64,000 nucleotides of DNA, taken from assembly GCA_036336715.1 (NCBI GenBank), contig JAYZFP010000074.1:18531-82530 (forward strand), given 5' to 3'. The number at the start of each line of letters is the position of its first letter. The first letter of the stretch is position 1. Shown here one piece after another: positions 35,708 through 45,640 of the stretch. This DNA comes from Planctomycetota bacterium (GTDB lineage Bacteria > Planctomycetota > Planctomycetia > Pirellulales > Pirellulaceae). Position numbers and translations under genes: made by a program. The notes under the pieces were generated by a model. It searched no databases, was not told the origin of the DNA, and saw nothing but the letters and a program-made list of their open reading frames with translations.

Positions 35708-36427
35708 TCAGTGCCGCAGATTCCATTCCGGGTTTTCAAATCGCTCCCGCAGCAGGGATTCCATGCGGTTTCTGTTCCAGGCGATCTCTCCCCTTTCGGC
35801 CCCGAATACTCCCTGGATGGAATCGCTGATTTCTTTGCGGTCCACACTCAGGTTGGTGACAAAATCGAGATGATCGCGGGCTTGGCGATATTCGGGGCGA
35901 CGAGGCGGTAATTTCAGATATCGTGGAATCAGGCTCAGGTCGAAGTCGATCAACAATGTGCCATGATAGATCAGGTGTGTCCTGCCCATCCGCATCGCAT
36001 TTCCCGAGAATTTGCGGTTATCGGTACAAAGATCCGAGTGACCCGCTGGCTGGATCTGGAATCCCGATTCTGAATAGGCCTGCTGGATCCGTTCAGCCAC
36101 CCACTGGTGGGTAAACGTGATATCCCGCAAATCCGGGTTTCTTTTCAGGGACAGGACGACGGTATACATCAGGCAGCCTGGTCCGGTAACGATCGTTCCA
36201 CCTCCGCTGATCCGCCGTATTACCGGAACCCCGTCGCTTCGGCAGCGATCCATGAAGATGTCATCGTCCACCCTGCCAGCCCGTCCCAAAACCACCATGT
36301 AGGAGCAGGGCTGCCAGATGCGCAGGTACTCGGTTTCGCTTCCCTCCTGCTCCGCCATTTCCAGCAGGACCTGTTCCAGGGCGAGGTTACTCGCTGGACG
36401 GTCAAACGTATATTCCGTGAAGATCAT
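35708..36427 (-). CDS. Lipoate-protein ligase / octanoyltransferase-like protein (BPL_LplA_LipB family)
   Basis: RRISGGGTIVTGPGCLMYTVVL and KFSGNAMRMGRTHLIYHGTLLIDFD, the conserved Lys-containing lipoyl-AMP binding region. Confidence 0.7.
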   Translation of the reverse strand: MIFTEYTFDRPASNLALEQVLLEMAEQEGSETEYLRIWQPCSYMVVLGRAGRVDDDIFMDRCRSDGVPVIRRISGGGTIVTGPGCLMYTVVLSLKRNPDLRDITFTHQWVAERIQQAYSESGFQIQPAGHSDLCTDNRKFSGNAMRMGRTHLIYHGTLLIDFDLSLIPRYLKLPPRRPEYRQARDHLDFVTNLSVDRKEISDSIQGVFGAERGEIAWNRNRMESLLRERFENPEWNLRH

Positions 36428-36886
36428 GGGCCCTTCCCGTCTGCTGCTTTCCAGGAGTTTTTCATTAAAAATAAACCGGTTAATTAAGATAGTGAAAAAC
36501 AGAGCCTAAGTCGTTTGACATCAACGACTTTCAGAACCTGTATCGATACGGTGGAATTGCCTTGCCGTTTCGAGCCTTTCAATGTTTGACTTTTTGTAAA
36601 CCATTGCGAATTATTGGTTTAAAGCCGTCATTCATTCCTTTTGGCACTATTTTTCGTTTGCTAATTTGAACCCGTTTCGACAGAATTTAAAGAGGAGAAG
36701 GATTACGAAACCCTGGTTGAAACAGGGGCCCGCAGGCAGGCCGTCAAGTTTTTGGCCACCCGATTCCGGACGCCCGATTCGGTACGTCATATTCCGGGGA
36801 CGAAGTTCAGGATGCATTCGGCAGATCACTCATTTTCCACTCCTATTGCAAATCACTCAAGACGTTCCGTCATTGAAGAGGCACTC

Positions 36887-38161
36887 ATGTCTTTAAACCA
36901 CCGTTTCTTTCGACCTTTGGCCGGCTGCAGTTGCCTGCTGGTCAGTTGTTTCCTGGCCCTCTCCAGCCAGGCCGTTGCGCAGTCATCATGTGACCCAATT
37001 CTCGAAAGTCCCTCCGGTCCTGTAAGGACTTACCGCCTGGAAACCAGAACGGTGGTCGAAAAGGTACCGGTCACACGTTACCGGGAAGTGAAAAAGACGG
37101 AAATGAGGACACGCCAGGTTGTCAAGCGGGTTCCTGTTCGGGAGACCTCTTCAAGGCAGGTAACCGAGACACGGCTCAGGCCGGTGACCCAGACCAGGTA
37201 CCGCGAGGAGGTGTCCGAGAAAACCGTCTACGATACGACCACCGAGTACCGGGAGCAGCAGCAGTTACGCTACACGACCCGTTCGCAAACCGCCTATTAC
37301 GATCAGACTCAAGTGGTCCAAAAACCAGTGACTACCACTTCCATGATCAATGAAACCATCACGACCTTGAAACCGGTTACCACTCTTGAGCAGCAACTGG
37401 TTGACAGGGGAGGGGTTCAGAACCAGTTGGTTTATCGGCCCGGCATGACCTCCAATCGGCTTGGTTGGGTGCGTTCCGGTTATCTGGCTGATCCGGTGAC
37501 CGGACAGATGTCCTACCAGAGGGGTGGACTCCGCTGGATTCCCCAACAGAACCCGGGTACTTACCAGGTTCAGTCCACCTACGTTCCCCGGTACGAGTCT
37601 CAGACCGTTCAGCGGACGACACTCCAACCCCAGACCCAGGTGGTGCAGCGACCCGTTACCACCACGCAGTATGTTAACGAAACGGTGACCCGAAAGATCC
37701 CCTACACCACCCAACAGGTTGTCCCTGAGGTAACGGTCACCCGTGTGCCCTATACGGTCCGGAAGCCTCGAGTGATTCGGGAGGTCAAGCGAATTCCCTA
37801 CACGGAAACGACTTATGTTGAGGAGACCGCGACCCGCACGATCCCTACCGAAACGGTGACCTACCGTTACGAAACGGTCAATGAGCAGTACCCGGTTGAA
37901 GTGACGACGCTGGAGCCTTACACCGAATACCTGGAACAGCAGAAGGTTGTGTCCGAGTGGGTTCCCGTTGGTGAGTCCGCGGTTTCGAAGAAGCCGGCAC
38001 TGAAAATGGAAAAAGTGGATGCCGCAGACCGCCCGCCGGTTCTCTCAGACCAGGAGGCCCGGAAAGCGGCTGATGAGGGTGCCCCTGTGCAAAAAAAGGT
38101 CGACCAGGACAGCTCCGACTCCGGGAAAGCGTCTTCCGGTGAACCTGCCAAGAAGGAATGA
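36887..38161 (+). CDS. Secreted T/V/R/Q/E/Y-rich repeat protein (degenerate YTV-like)
   Basis: Signal MSLNHRFFRPLAGCSCLLVSCFLALSSQAVA. Repeated motifs VPVTRYREVKKT, RVPVRETSSRQVTETR, VTRVPYTVRKPRVIREVKRIPYTETTYVEE. K/E/D/S-rich tail. ATG 36887 is preferred over the ORF-track start at 36752. Confidence 0.7.
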   Translation: MSLNHRFFRPLAGCSCLLVSCFLALSSQAVAQSSCDPILESPSGPVRTYRLETRTVVEKVPVTRYREVKKTEMRTRQVVKRVPVRETSSRQVTETRLRPVTQTRYREEVSEKTVYDTTTEYREQQQLRYTTRSQTAYYDQTQVVQKPVTTTSMINETITTLKPVTTLEQQLVDRGGVQNQLVYRPGMTSNRLGWVRSGYLADPVTGQMSYQRGGLRWIPQQNPGTYQVQSTYVPRYESQTVQRTTLQPQTQVVQRPVTTTQYVNETVTRKIPYTTQQVVPEVTVTRVPYTVRKPRVIREVKRIPYTETTYVEETATRTIPTETVTYRYETVNEQYPVEVTTLEPYTEYLEQQKVVSEWVPVGESAVSKKPALKMEKVDAADRPPVLSDQEARKAADEGAPVQKKVDQDSSDSGKASSGEPAKKE

Positions 38162-38213
38162 CGGCAAGCGGTTCCTTGAGATTCAGGGAAAAAAAGATTA
38201 AAACAGGACACCG

Positions 38214-38244
38214 AGGCAAACTCCAGGGTTTGCCTTTTTTGTTT
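38214..38244 (+). terminator. Rho-independent terminator
   Basis: AGGCAAA (38214-20) / TTTGCCT (38229-35) stem, 8-nt loop, then TTTTTGTTT. Confidence 0.75.
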
Positions 38245-38285
38245 CAGGCATCCGTCAGTCGTCTCCACCAAGATCCCAGTTGTCG

Positions 38286-39518
38286 ATGATGCATTCGGCT
38301 TTTCCCTTACAGAGCAAAACGGTCGCATTCTGCGGGAAACTGGGAGGCGTTTCCCAACGTGAGGCCAACCGGTTGGTCAAGAATTGTGGCGGGACCCCGG
38401 CGGAGATGGACCATCCCGAAGTTAACCTGGTTGTCCTGGGTGCCGAGGAGCTTCCGCTGGCCCAAAAAAAGGAGCTCCTGAATGAGGGGTTGCGTTCGAG
38501 GGTCCGCAGCGGTGCGTTGGAGGTGATTTCCGAAACCCAATTGTGGGAACGTCTGGGGTTTGTCGATCAGGAGAGTGAGTACCAGAGGCTTTATACGCCT
38601 GCGATGGTTGCTGACCTGCTGGATGTCCCGGTCGCCTGTATCCGGAAGTGGCACCGCCACGGTCTGATTCGGCCGCTCCGTGAGTTTCACCGTTTGCCCT
38701 ATTTTGACTTCCAGGAGGTCAACACGGCCCGCCGTCTTGCCGAGCTGGTCGAAGGAGGAGCCTCCCCCAGCCAAATCAAGAAGAACCTGGAGCAGTTATC
38801 CGAGTATTTGCCTGAAATCGAAAGACCGTTGGCGCAACTGTCGGTCATTATCGAAGGCAAGCGTGTTCTGCTGCGCCAGGACGAGGGTGTCGTCGAACCG
38901 AATGGACAGATCCGTTTCGATTTCGAGGGTGTGGATTCTACCGTCGAAACCGGGGAGGAGTTTGACGAAGAAGTCAGTTTGACGTTTCCCCTCGGAATCA
39001 CGGATGAAAATCCGGATGTTGATTATTCGGGCTGGTCCTTCGAGGATCTGGTTGATACGGCATGCCAACTGGAGGATGACGGCAACCTTCCGCAGGCGAT
39101 CGAAGTTTACCGGTCCCTGTTGATATCCCATGGTCCGAGGGCGGAAATCAATTTTCAGCTGGCTGAATTGTTGTATCGTAGCGGAGAGATTGAAGCGGCC
39201 CGTGAACGTTATTATGCGACCATTGAACTGGATGAGGCATTTGTCGAAGCAAGGGCCAATCTCGGTTGCGTGCTCACCGAACTCGGTCATGACGAACTCG
39301 CGGTTTCCGCTTTCCAGGGCGCACTTGAATTTCATACTCAGTTCCCTGACGTGCATTTTCATCTCGCTCGCACCCTGGATCGACTCAAACGGGGTGAAGA
39401 AGCCGAGCACCACTGGCGTGAATTCCTGAAAATGTATCCCGAAAGCTCCTGGGCAGCCGAAGCCCGCGAACGACTGAAAATCCGTCCGGTCTCGGACGAC
39501 GATTGGACAACCGGCTGA
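38286..39518 (+). CDS. BRCT - MerR-type HTH - TPR fusion protein
   Basis: The BRCT-like N-terminus KTVAFCGKLGGVSQREANRLVKNCGGT...VNLVVLG resembles the LigA BRCT. MerR HTH YTPAMVADLLDVPVACIRKWHRHGLIRP...LPYFDFQEV. C-terminal TPRs (AIEVYRSLL, ARERYYATIELDEAFVEARANLG). Confidence 0.7.
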   Translation: MMHSAFPLQSKTVAFCGKLGGVSQREANRLVKNCGGTPAEMDHPEVNLVVLGAEELPLAQKKELLNEGLRSRVRSGALEVISETQLWERLGFVDQESEYQRLYTPAMVADLLDVPVACIRKWHRHGLIRPLREFHRLPYFDFQEVNTARRLAELVEGGASPSQIKKNLEQLSEYLPEIERPLAQLSVIIEGKRVLLRQDEGVVEPNGQIRFDFEGVDSTVETGEEFDEEVSLTFPLGITDENPDVDYSGWSFEDLVDTACQLEDDGNLPQAIEVYRSLLISHGPRAEINFQLAELLYRSGEIEAARERYYATIELDEAFVEARANLGCVLTELGHDELAVSAFQGALEFHTQFPDVHFHLARTLDRLKRGEEAEHHWREFLKMYPESSWAAEARERLKIRPVSDDDWTTG

Positions 39519-39726
39519 GCCATCAGCTGGAGCGGCCGGGTGCGTGTGTGCTGATGGACTCAATTGCCGGTCGGTCTTGGCATCATCCATGAAATTGTGA
39601 TGGCATTCAGGCATTCTGCCGGTTGAAAGCCCGCTTCGATGGCGGTAGAACAGGTCTCTTGAAATTTGGGAACGAAACCGGAAGCCACCCGGGTGGCCAT
39701 TGCCGGTCTTACCAGGGGAACATGCA

Positions 39727-40953
39727 ATGGCAAGAATCAACGACAATTTTCTCAAGCTCAAGGCCGGCTATCTCTTTCCGGAGATCGCTCGCCGCGTCAC
39801 CACGTATGCGGAAGCGAACCCGGAGGCCCCGATCATCAAGATGGGGATTGGTGATGTTACCGAACCGTTGCCGGAAGCCATCGTGGAGGCGATGCATTCT
39901 GCAGTGGATGAGATGGGAACTCGCGATACTTTTCGCGGCTATGGCCCGGAACAGGGTTATGAGTTTTTACGGCAGGCGATTGTGGACAACAGTTATGCGA
40001 GCCTGAATATCTCGGCCGATGAAATTTTCGTCTCCGACGGTTCCAAGTGTGATTCGGGCAACATCCTTGATATTTTTGGAAGCGACAACCGGATCGCGAT
40101 TACCGATCCGGTTTACCCGGTGTACGTGGATACCAACGTGATGGCCGGAAACACGGGAGAAGCCGACGAGGCCGGAAAATATGGCGGTCTGCTTTACCTG
40201 CCGGTAACCGAGGAAAACGACTTCATTCCCGCGTTGCCTCATCAACCGGTCGATCTGATCTATCTCTGCTATCCCAATAATCCGACGGGTACCGTGGTTA
40301 GCAGGGAGGTGCTGGCAGGTTGGGTTGATTATGCCAAAGCCAACCAGTCCATCATCCTTTATGATGCCGCCTATGAGGCGTACATTACCGAGCCCGGAAT
40401 CCCGCGTTCCATTTATGAAATCGAGGGAGCTCACGAAGTCGCTATCGAATTCCGGAGTTTCAGCAAGAATGCCGGTTTCACCGGCACCCGTTGCGGATTC
40501 ACCGTGGTCCCCAAGCAACTGCAGGGTACTACCTCGGATGGCTCCCTTCAGCCACTGCACGCACTCTGGAACCGGAGGCAATCTACCAAGTTCAACGGCG
40601 TTTCCTATCCCGTTCAGGCCGGGGCGGCTGCAGCCTACTCGGAAGCTGGCAAACAGCAGATTTCCGAACTGATCTCCTTTTATCTCACCAATGCAAAATT
40701 GCTCAAGGGTGGCCTGGAGTCGGTAGGCATCCAGGTTTACGGTGGTGTCAATGCACCCTATGTCTGGCTGAAAACGCCCGCCAGTCTTTCGAGCTGGGAT
40801 TTCTTCGACCAGCTTTTGCAGAAAACCCATCTTGTGGGTACCCCCGGCAGCGGTTTCGGCGCAGCCGGTGAAGGGTATTTTCGCCTGAGTGCCTTCAACA
40901 GCCGGGCCAACATTGAAGAGGCGGTTGAGCGGCTGAAGAAGTTCTTTGAATAG
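39727..40953 (+). CDS. dapL: LL-diaminopimelate aminotransferase
   Basis: [24 protein letters not shown], which is the signature DapL N-terminus, and [14 protein letters not shown] (PLP-Lys). Confidence 0.88.
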   Translation: MARINDNFLKLKAGYLFPEIARRVTTYAEANPEAPIIKMGIGDVTEPLPEAIVEAMHSAVDEMGTRDTFRGYGPEQGYEFLRQAIVDNSYASLNISADEIFVSDGSKCDSGNILDIFGSDNRIAITDPVYPVYVDTNVMAGNTGEADEAGKYGGLLYLPVTEENDFIPALPHQPVDLIYLCYPNNPTGTVVSREVLAGWVDYAKANQSIILYDAAYEAYITEPGIPRSIYEIEGAHEVAIEFRSFSKNAGFTGTRCGFTVVPKQLQGTTSDGSLQPLHALWNRRQSTKFNGVSYPVQAGAAAAYSEAGKQQISELISFYLTNAKLLKGGLESVGIQVYGGVNAPYVWLKTPASLSSWDFFDQLLQKTHLVGTPGSGFGAAGEGYFRLSAFNSRANIEEAVERLKKFFE

Positions 40954-41303
40954 TCCTCTGCCTGACTTTTCCGTCTGACCTTACGCGAGTCCCCCGCCAG
41001 GCTGGATTCGTCCTGTTTTGCGCAAATGTGTGTTCCCGGCTGCGCACTTCACCCGATCGGTTCGAACCGGCTGGTCAGCCTGCAAGCTGACAGCTGATAG
41101 CAAGTCACTGGAAAAATTTGCCGATTTTCCGGATTGGTCAAAGTTTGACGTCGGAGTGGTCGATGAACCAACTATCCATTCGTGCCAATACCGGTTGGCG
41201 CTGTGGACAAGGGGGGATTTTCATCGACGCGGAATCCTACGCGGCGATGAAATCCGGCAAAGCTCTGCTTTGCAGAACAAGGAATTGCACAAAGGATAAC
41301 TCC

Positions 41304-43610
41304 ATGAGTTCCCCCTTCAAGAAGGCCGTGGCCTATGCCATGGTTGTCATGCTTGCGTTGACCGGCTGTCAGCCCGGTCGCCCCATCTATCTCCACGAAC
41401 GTGGGGACCTCCAGTACTACGTCGACCAGCAGGTCGATATTCGCTATGCCGATACGGAAATCGGTTTGCTGGATGAGGTCACCGAGGCATTGCCGCCGTT
41501 AACCCTGCGTGATCGGGAGATTACCGCTTTCTGGGACCTGACCCTCGAAGAAGCTGTCAATATTGCCCTGAAAAACACCAAGACCATCCGCGCAACCGGA
41601 CGTCCCACACAGGTCGGCTTTACCATCCAGGGGACCACCGCGACGGTCATTGACAATCCTGATGCACCGACGATTTACGAAGTGGGGATTCGCGAAACCG
41701 AACCAAGCAACCTGTTTTCACCTGGGCAGATCACCTCGCCCGAACTTCTGGCAACCAACTCAACCCTTGATACCAACCAGGGAGTTGAAGCAGCACTGGC
41801 AGAGTTTGATGCCCACGTCACCAGCAGCCTGTTCTGGAATACAACCGACCGGCCGCGTAACTTTGTTTTTCCCAATCTCGAACAGCGTAACAATGAAGCG
41901 AGTGATGTCACCTATCAGACGGAGCTTGCCAAGAAGGCTGCAACGGGAACCATTTTCAGGCTTCGGAACGCTGTTGATTTTAACAGCAACAACAACATTC
42001 TCGGTGTGAACCAGGAACTGGAAAGCCAGTACACAGCCCGACTCGAATTGGAAGTCAATCAGCCACTTCGACGCGGCGCGGGAACCGCGATCAACCGGAC
42101 ACCGATCATTGTCGCCCGCCTCGGTGGAGACCAGACGGCCGCCAATACGGAGTTTTTCCTGCAGAACATGTTGGCCCAAATCGAGATTGCCTACTGGAAT
42201 CTCTACAATTCCTATCGCCAGTTTGAAGTGGCCAAGGAATCCGTTGAAAACGCGATCAAGGTCTACAACATTGAAAAGGACAATTTTGAAATTGGTGGTT
42301 CGCAGCGGTCAACCAAGGCAACCGTTTCCAGGGCTGCCGAACAGTACCACAATTTTGTCGGTAACCTGAATTCAGCCTATGCCGAGCTGCAGCGGCGTGA
42401 AACCGACATGCGGTTTATCCTCGGGCTTTCTTCCAGTGATGGCAACTTTATCCGCCCCAGTGATGATCCGGTAACGGGCGAAATCGATTTTGACTGGTTC
42501 CAGTCGGTCAATGAGGCCCTGGTTCGGAGACCCAATCTGCGGATCAAGCACTTTGAAATCAAGAAAAAAGAGCTGGGGGTCAACTACGCCAAGAACGGAC
42601 TATTGACCCAGTTGAACTTCATTTTCCTTTACCGTTTCCTCGGCCTGGGTGACGAGCTGCTGGGTGGTGACGGGATCGATTTTCCGGGTGCCGATTCGGG
42701 TGCGGTCGACAACCTGTTCGGCGGTGAATCCCAGGAACTGCAAATCGGCCTTCGGGGAGGCTTCACGGTAGGACAGCGACGGGAGATGCTCAATGTGAGG
42801 AATGCCCAGCTCAAGCTGGCACGTGAACGGTCCCGCCTCGAAGACATGGAGCTGGATGTCGTCTTTGAACTGGACCGAGCTTTCAAGGGCCTGGTGTTCC
42901 ATTACGAACAGGCCAAGGTCAACGCGAACCGTTGGCTGGCTTCTCACGAAGAGGTCAAAACCTACGCGGACCTGCGGGACCAGGGAATTGACATTACCAA
43001 CGTCCTCGAGGCGCAGCGTAACGAAGCACAGGCACGTGTAGCGTTTCACGACAGCATCGCAAGTTACAACCAGTTCATCGCTCTGATTCACCGACTGAAG
43101 GGGTCTTCGCTGGAGTACTACAACGTACAATTTGGTGAGGGAAACTGGCCTGAAAAGGCCTATTACGACGCCGGGGAGCTGGCCCGGAAACGGAGTGCCA
43201 GTCAGCCGATCAACTATGGCTATACCCGTCCCGGGATCGTGGTCACCGGCTCCGAGGCAACGATGGAAATGGATCCGGTTGTCAGCTGGAGCGATGAAGA
43301 AATCATCCTGGATGAGGATTTGATTGAGGAGATTTCGCCAGACGGCGGGCTGCAGCCCATCGAACAGCTGGAAGAGGTTCAGCCGGCGGCTCCGCGCCCC
43401 GCGAACCCGATCCCGGATCCCCAGATTGAAAAAGCCCCTCCCGGACGCACCACAAAAATCCGAAATTCGGGTTCGATCCTGCAAGCTTCCTACATGGAAA
43501 CACAAAAGCCCGAGCTGAGAGCCGAATCCGTTCGCTGGCAAAAGCTGGGTCTCGAGCCTGCGGAAAACCGGGAAACAAAGACTCGAGCTACATTACGATC
43601 CCTTGATTGA
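41304..43610 (+). CDS. TolC-family outer-membrane efflux-like lipoprotein
   Basis: Lipobox MSSPFKKAVAYAMVVMLALTGC. OEP-type repeat starts LTLEEAVNIALKNTKTIRA and a second half with coiled helical segments. The ORF-track start at 41118 adds a non-signal leader. Confidence 0.7.
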   Translation: MSSPFKKAVAYAMVVMLALTGCQPGRPIYLHERGDLQYYVDQQVDIRYADTEIGLLDEVTEALPPLTLRDREITAFWDLTLEEAVNIALKNTKTIRATGRPTQVGFTIQGTTATVIDNPDAPTIYEVGIRETEPSNLFSPGQITSPELLATNSTLDTNQGVEAALAEFDAHVTSSLFWNTTDRPRNFVFPNLEQRNNEASDVTYQTELAKKAATGTIFRLRNAVDFNSNNNILGVNQELESQYTARLELEVNQPLRRGAGTAINRTPIIVARLGGDQTAANTEFFLQNMLAQIEIAYWNLYNSYRQFEVAKESVENAIKVYNIEKDNFEIGGSQRSTKATVSRAAEQYHNFVGNLNSAYAELQRRETDMRFILGLSSSDGNFIRPSDDPVTGEIDFDWFQSVNEALVRRPNLRIKHFEIKKKELGVNYAKNGLLTQLNFIFLYRFLGLGDELLGGDGIDFPGADSGAVDNLFGGESQELQIGLRGGFTVGQRREMLNVRNAQLKLARERSRLEDMELDVVFELDRAFKGLVFHYEQAKVNANRWLASHEEVKTYADLRDQGIDITNVLEAQRNEAQARVAFHDSIASYNQFIALIHRLKGSSLEYYNVQFGEGNWPEKAYYDAGELARKRSASQPINYGYTRPGIVVTGSEATMEMDPVVSWSDEEIILDEDLIEEISPDGGLQPIEQLEEVQPAAPRPANPIPDPQIEKAPPGRTTKIRNSGSILQASYMETQKPELRAESVRWQKLGLEPAENRETKTRATLRSLD

Positions 43611-43852
43611 TTTGGCTGCCTGTTCAGCCCATTGAATGCAATTCCGGAATCCCGTTTGCTGGTGCTTTACCGCAAACGGGATTTTCGTTTGTTCCGGAAC
43701 CTGATCCGGTTTGCACCTGGCGTTCCGTCATTCGACTGCAGTCCAGGTCGCGCCGAGCAATTCCGGAGGATTCCCCTTTGAGGGGATTCGCAAGCCGGCT
43801 GGCAAGCGATCTAATAAACTTCCCCACGAATCCTGAATTCAAGGTGAGTTGC

Positions 43853-45157
43853 ATGGAAACAAGCTGGATTGAATCGGCCAACCTGCCCGATTGCGACTTC
43901 CCCCTTTTCAATCTCCCTTTTTGCGTATTGGAGACCGGGAATTCAGAATCCTGTATCGGTGTTGCCATTGGCAACAGAATTCTCAACCTGCGGCGGGTTG
44001 CCGAATCCATTCCTCTGCCTTGCTCGAGTGAATTGCAGCATTCCACGCTGAATCGGCTGATGCAAGCCGATCTTGAGCAGCAAAATGTCCTGAGGTTCGA
44101 GCTGATTCGGCTTCTCGAAGACAAGCCAGGTCGACTGAGGGATCATCCGGAATTGGCTGGGCAGGCTTTGCTGGATCCGGATCACGTGTCCTTTTGTCTG
44201 CCTTTTCAGATAGGTGATTTCACCGATTTTTATGCCTCGCTTCAGCACGCCACGAACGTGGGTGCGATGTTTCGGCCCGATCAGCCACTGTTTCCAAATT
44301 ACAAAAGCATGCCAATTGGCTACCATGGTCGGGCGTCCAGTGTGATGATCAGCGGTACAGAGGTCATCCGTCCGACCGGCCAGGTCTCACCCGAGCCACC
44401 TAGCGAACATGCGTCTTTTATCAAATCCCGGCGGCTGGATTATGAACTGGAACTTGGGATTGTGATCGGCAGGGGCAACCCAGCCGGATCGCCGATTTCC
44501 ATCGAAGAGGCGCCGCAGAGCATTTTTGGTTATTGCCTGCTGAACGACTGGTCGGCGCGTGACCTTCAGAAATGGGAGTACCAGCCCCTTGGTCCTTTCC
44601 TCGGAAAATCGTTTGCCACGACCCTGTCTCCGTGGGTGGTGAGCCAGGCTGCGTTGGAGCCCTTCCGGGTTCCGCCTCCTGAACGAAACGTCACCGACCC
44701 CCCTCTGCTGCCTTACCTGGTCGGCGAGGAAGACCGGCAAAAAGGGGGGATCGATATTCACCTGGAGGTTTCGATCACGAGCCGGCAGATGCGGGAGCGG
44801 GAGATGGAACCCCTGAAGATCAGTGACAGCAACTTTCGTGAGATGTACTGGACAGTAAACCAGATGGTTGCTCATCACACTTCCAATGGCTGCAACCTTA
44901 GAACCGGCGACCTGCTGGGCAGTGGCACCATCAGTGGAACCGAAAAGATTTCACGGGGTTGTCTTCTGGAACGAAACTGGGATGGCGCCTTCGGAGACCC
45001 TGTGTCCGGTTCCCAGAGGACACCTCTGGAACTTCCCACCGGCGAAAGAAGAGATTTTCTCGAAGATGGCGATGAGATCCGGATGTCTGCCTACTGCCAG
45101 CGGGAGGGGCAGGGCCGAATCGGGTTCGGCCAATGCGTTGGCAGGGTTCATCCCTGA
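43853..45157 (+). CDS. fahA: Fumarylacetoacetase
   Basis: SWIESANLPDCDFPLFNLPF, FGYCLLNDWSARDLQKWEYQPLGPFLGKSF, and GDLLGSGTISG. ATG 43853 fits the family N-terminus. Confidence 0.88.
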   Translation: METSWIESANLPDCDFPLFNLPFCVLETGNSESCIGVAIGNRILNLRRVAESIPLPCSSELQHSTLNRLMQADLEQQNVLRFELIRLLEDKPGRLRDHPELAGQALLDPDHVSFCLPFQIGDFTDFYASLQHATNVGAMFRPDQPLFPNYKSMPIGYHGRASSVMISGTEVIRPTGQVSPEPPSEHASFIKSRRLDYELELGIVIGRGNPAGSPISIEEAPQSIFGYCLLNDWSARDLQKWEYQPLGPFLGKSFATTLSPWVVSQAALEPFRVPPPERNVTDPPLLPYLVGEEDRQKGGIDIHLEVSITSRQMREREMEPLKISDSNFREMYWTVNQMVAHHTSNGCNLRTGDLLGSGTISGTEKISRGCLLERNWDGAFGDPVSGSQRTPLELPTGERRDFLEDGDEIRMSAYCQREGQGRIGFGQCVGRVHP

Positions 45158-45640
45158 GGTTTTGCCGGTAACCAGGTTCAGGACTGCGTTGGGGTTGGCA
45201 GTCTCACCAGCTTGTCCCGGGCAGGTGAGGGGACCGGTTGACCCGCTGGATCACGGGTGATCACACGCCGGTTGAATTCCTGCAGAAGGTGTTTCTCACA
45301 TTGGAAGACTTCTTTGGCGGTCGCAGAAACCGCTCCGACTGTGCCGATTTTGACGATCCTGCTACCGGATCGCAACGAAAAGGGCCAATGTGATTTTCTG
45401 GTGCACCGCCTGCCCCATCGTAACCAGGATAATCGTTAAAGACGAAATGATCGGCAGCAACCGAAAAACAGTTCCATTCTTTTCAATTCCTGCGATTGCG
45501 ATGCCGTCTTCGTCATAAACCGTCTGGTTCGCAAGACCCGTTAAGCCCGCACGTCAGCCAGATCGATAATCACTGTTACTTGCCGGACGATCCGCGCGCC
45601 GGGAATGATCAAAACAGGAAGTGAATTCGGGAAAATCATC

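Noticed and set aside
41055-41068. A GGTTCGAACC string resembling a tRNA T-arm.
   Set aside because: It is a simple 12-bp palindrome (CGGTTCGAACCG). I could find no flanking acceptor, D or anticodon stems. I saw no other tRNA-like or rRNA-like signatures in the window.
43607-43852. Long N-terminal extensions suggested by the ORF track. Examples: fahA from 43607, TolC-like from 41118 and 45605, hemH from 25113, Gfo/Idh/MocA from 3974, glnB from 59077, glnD from 59587, dapL from 39700.
   Set aside because: In each case an internal ATG gives the canonical family N-terminus or a proper signal, lipobox or Tat peptide. The extensions are non-conserved-looking and often begin at alternative start codons.
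45178-45375. A 65-aa minus-strand ORF (TTG start) taken as a stand-alone small gene.
   Set aside because: It has no ATG or RBS, and the in-frame upstream sequence is open without a start. It is better explained as part of a possible decayed gene (see findings) than as a functional small protein.
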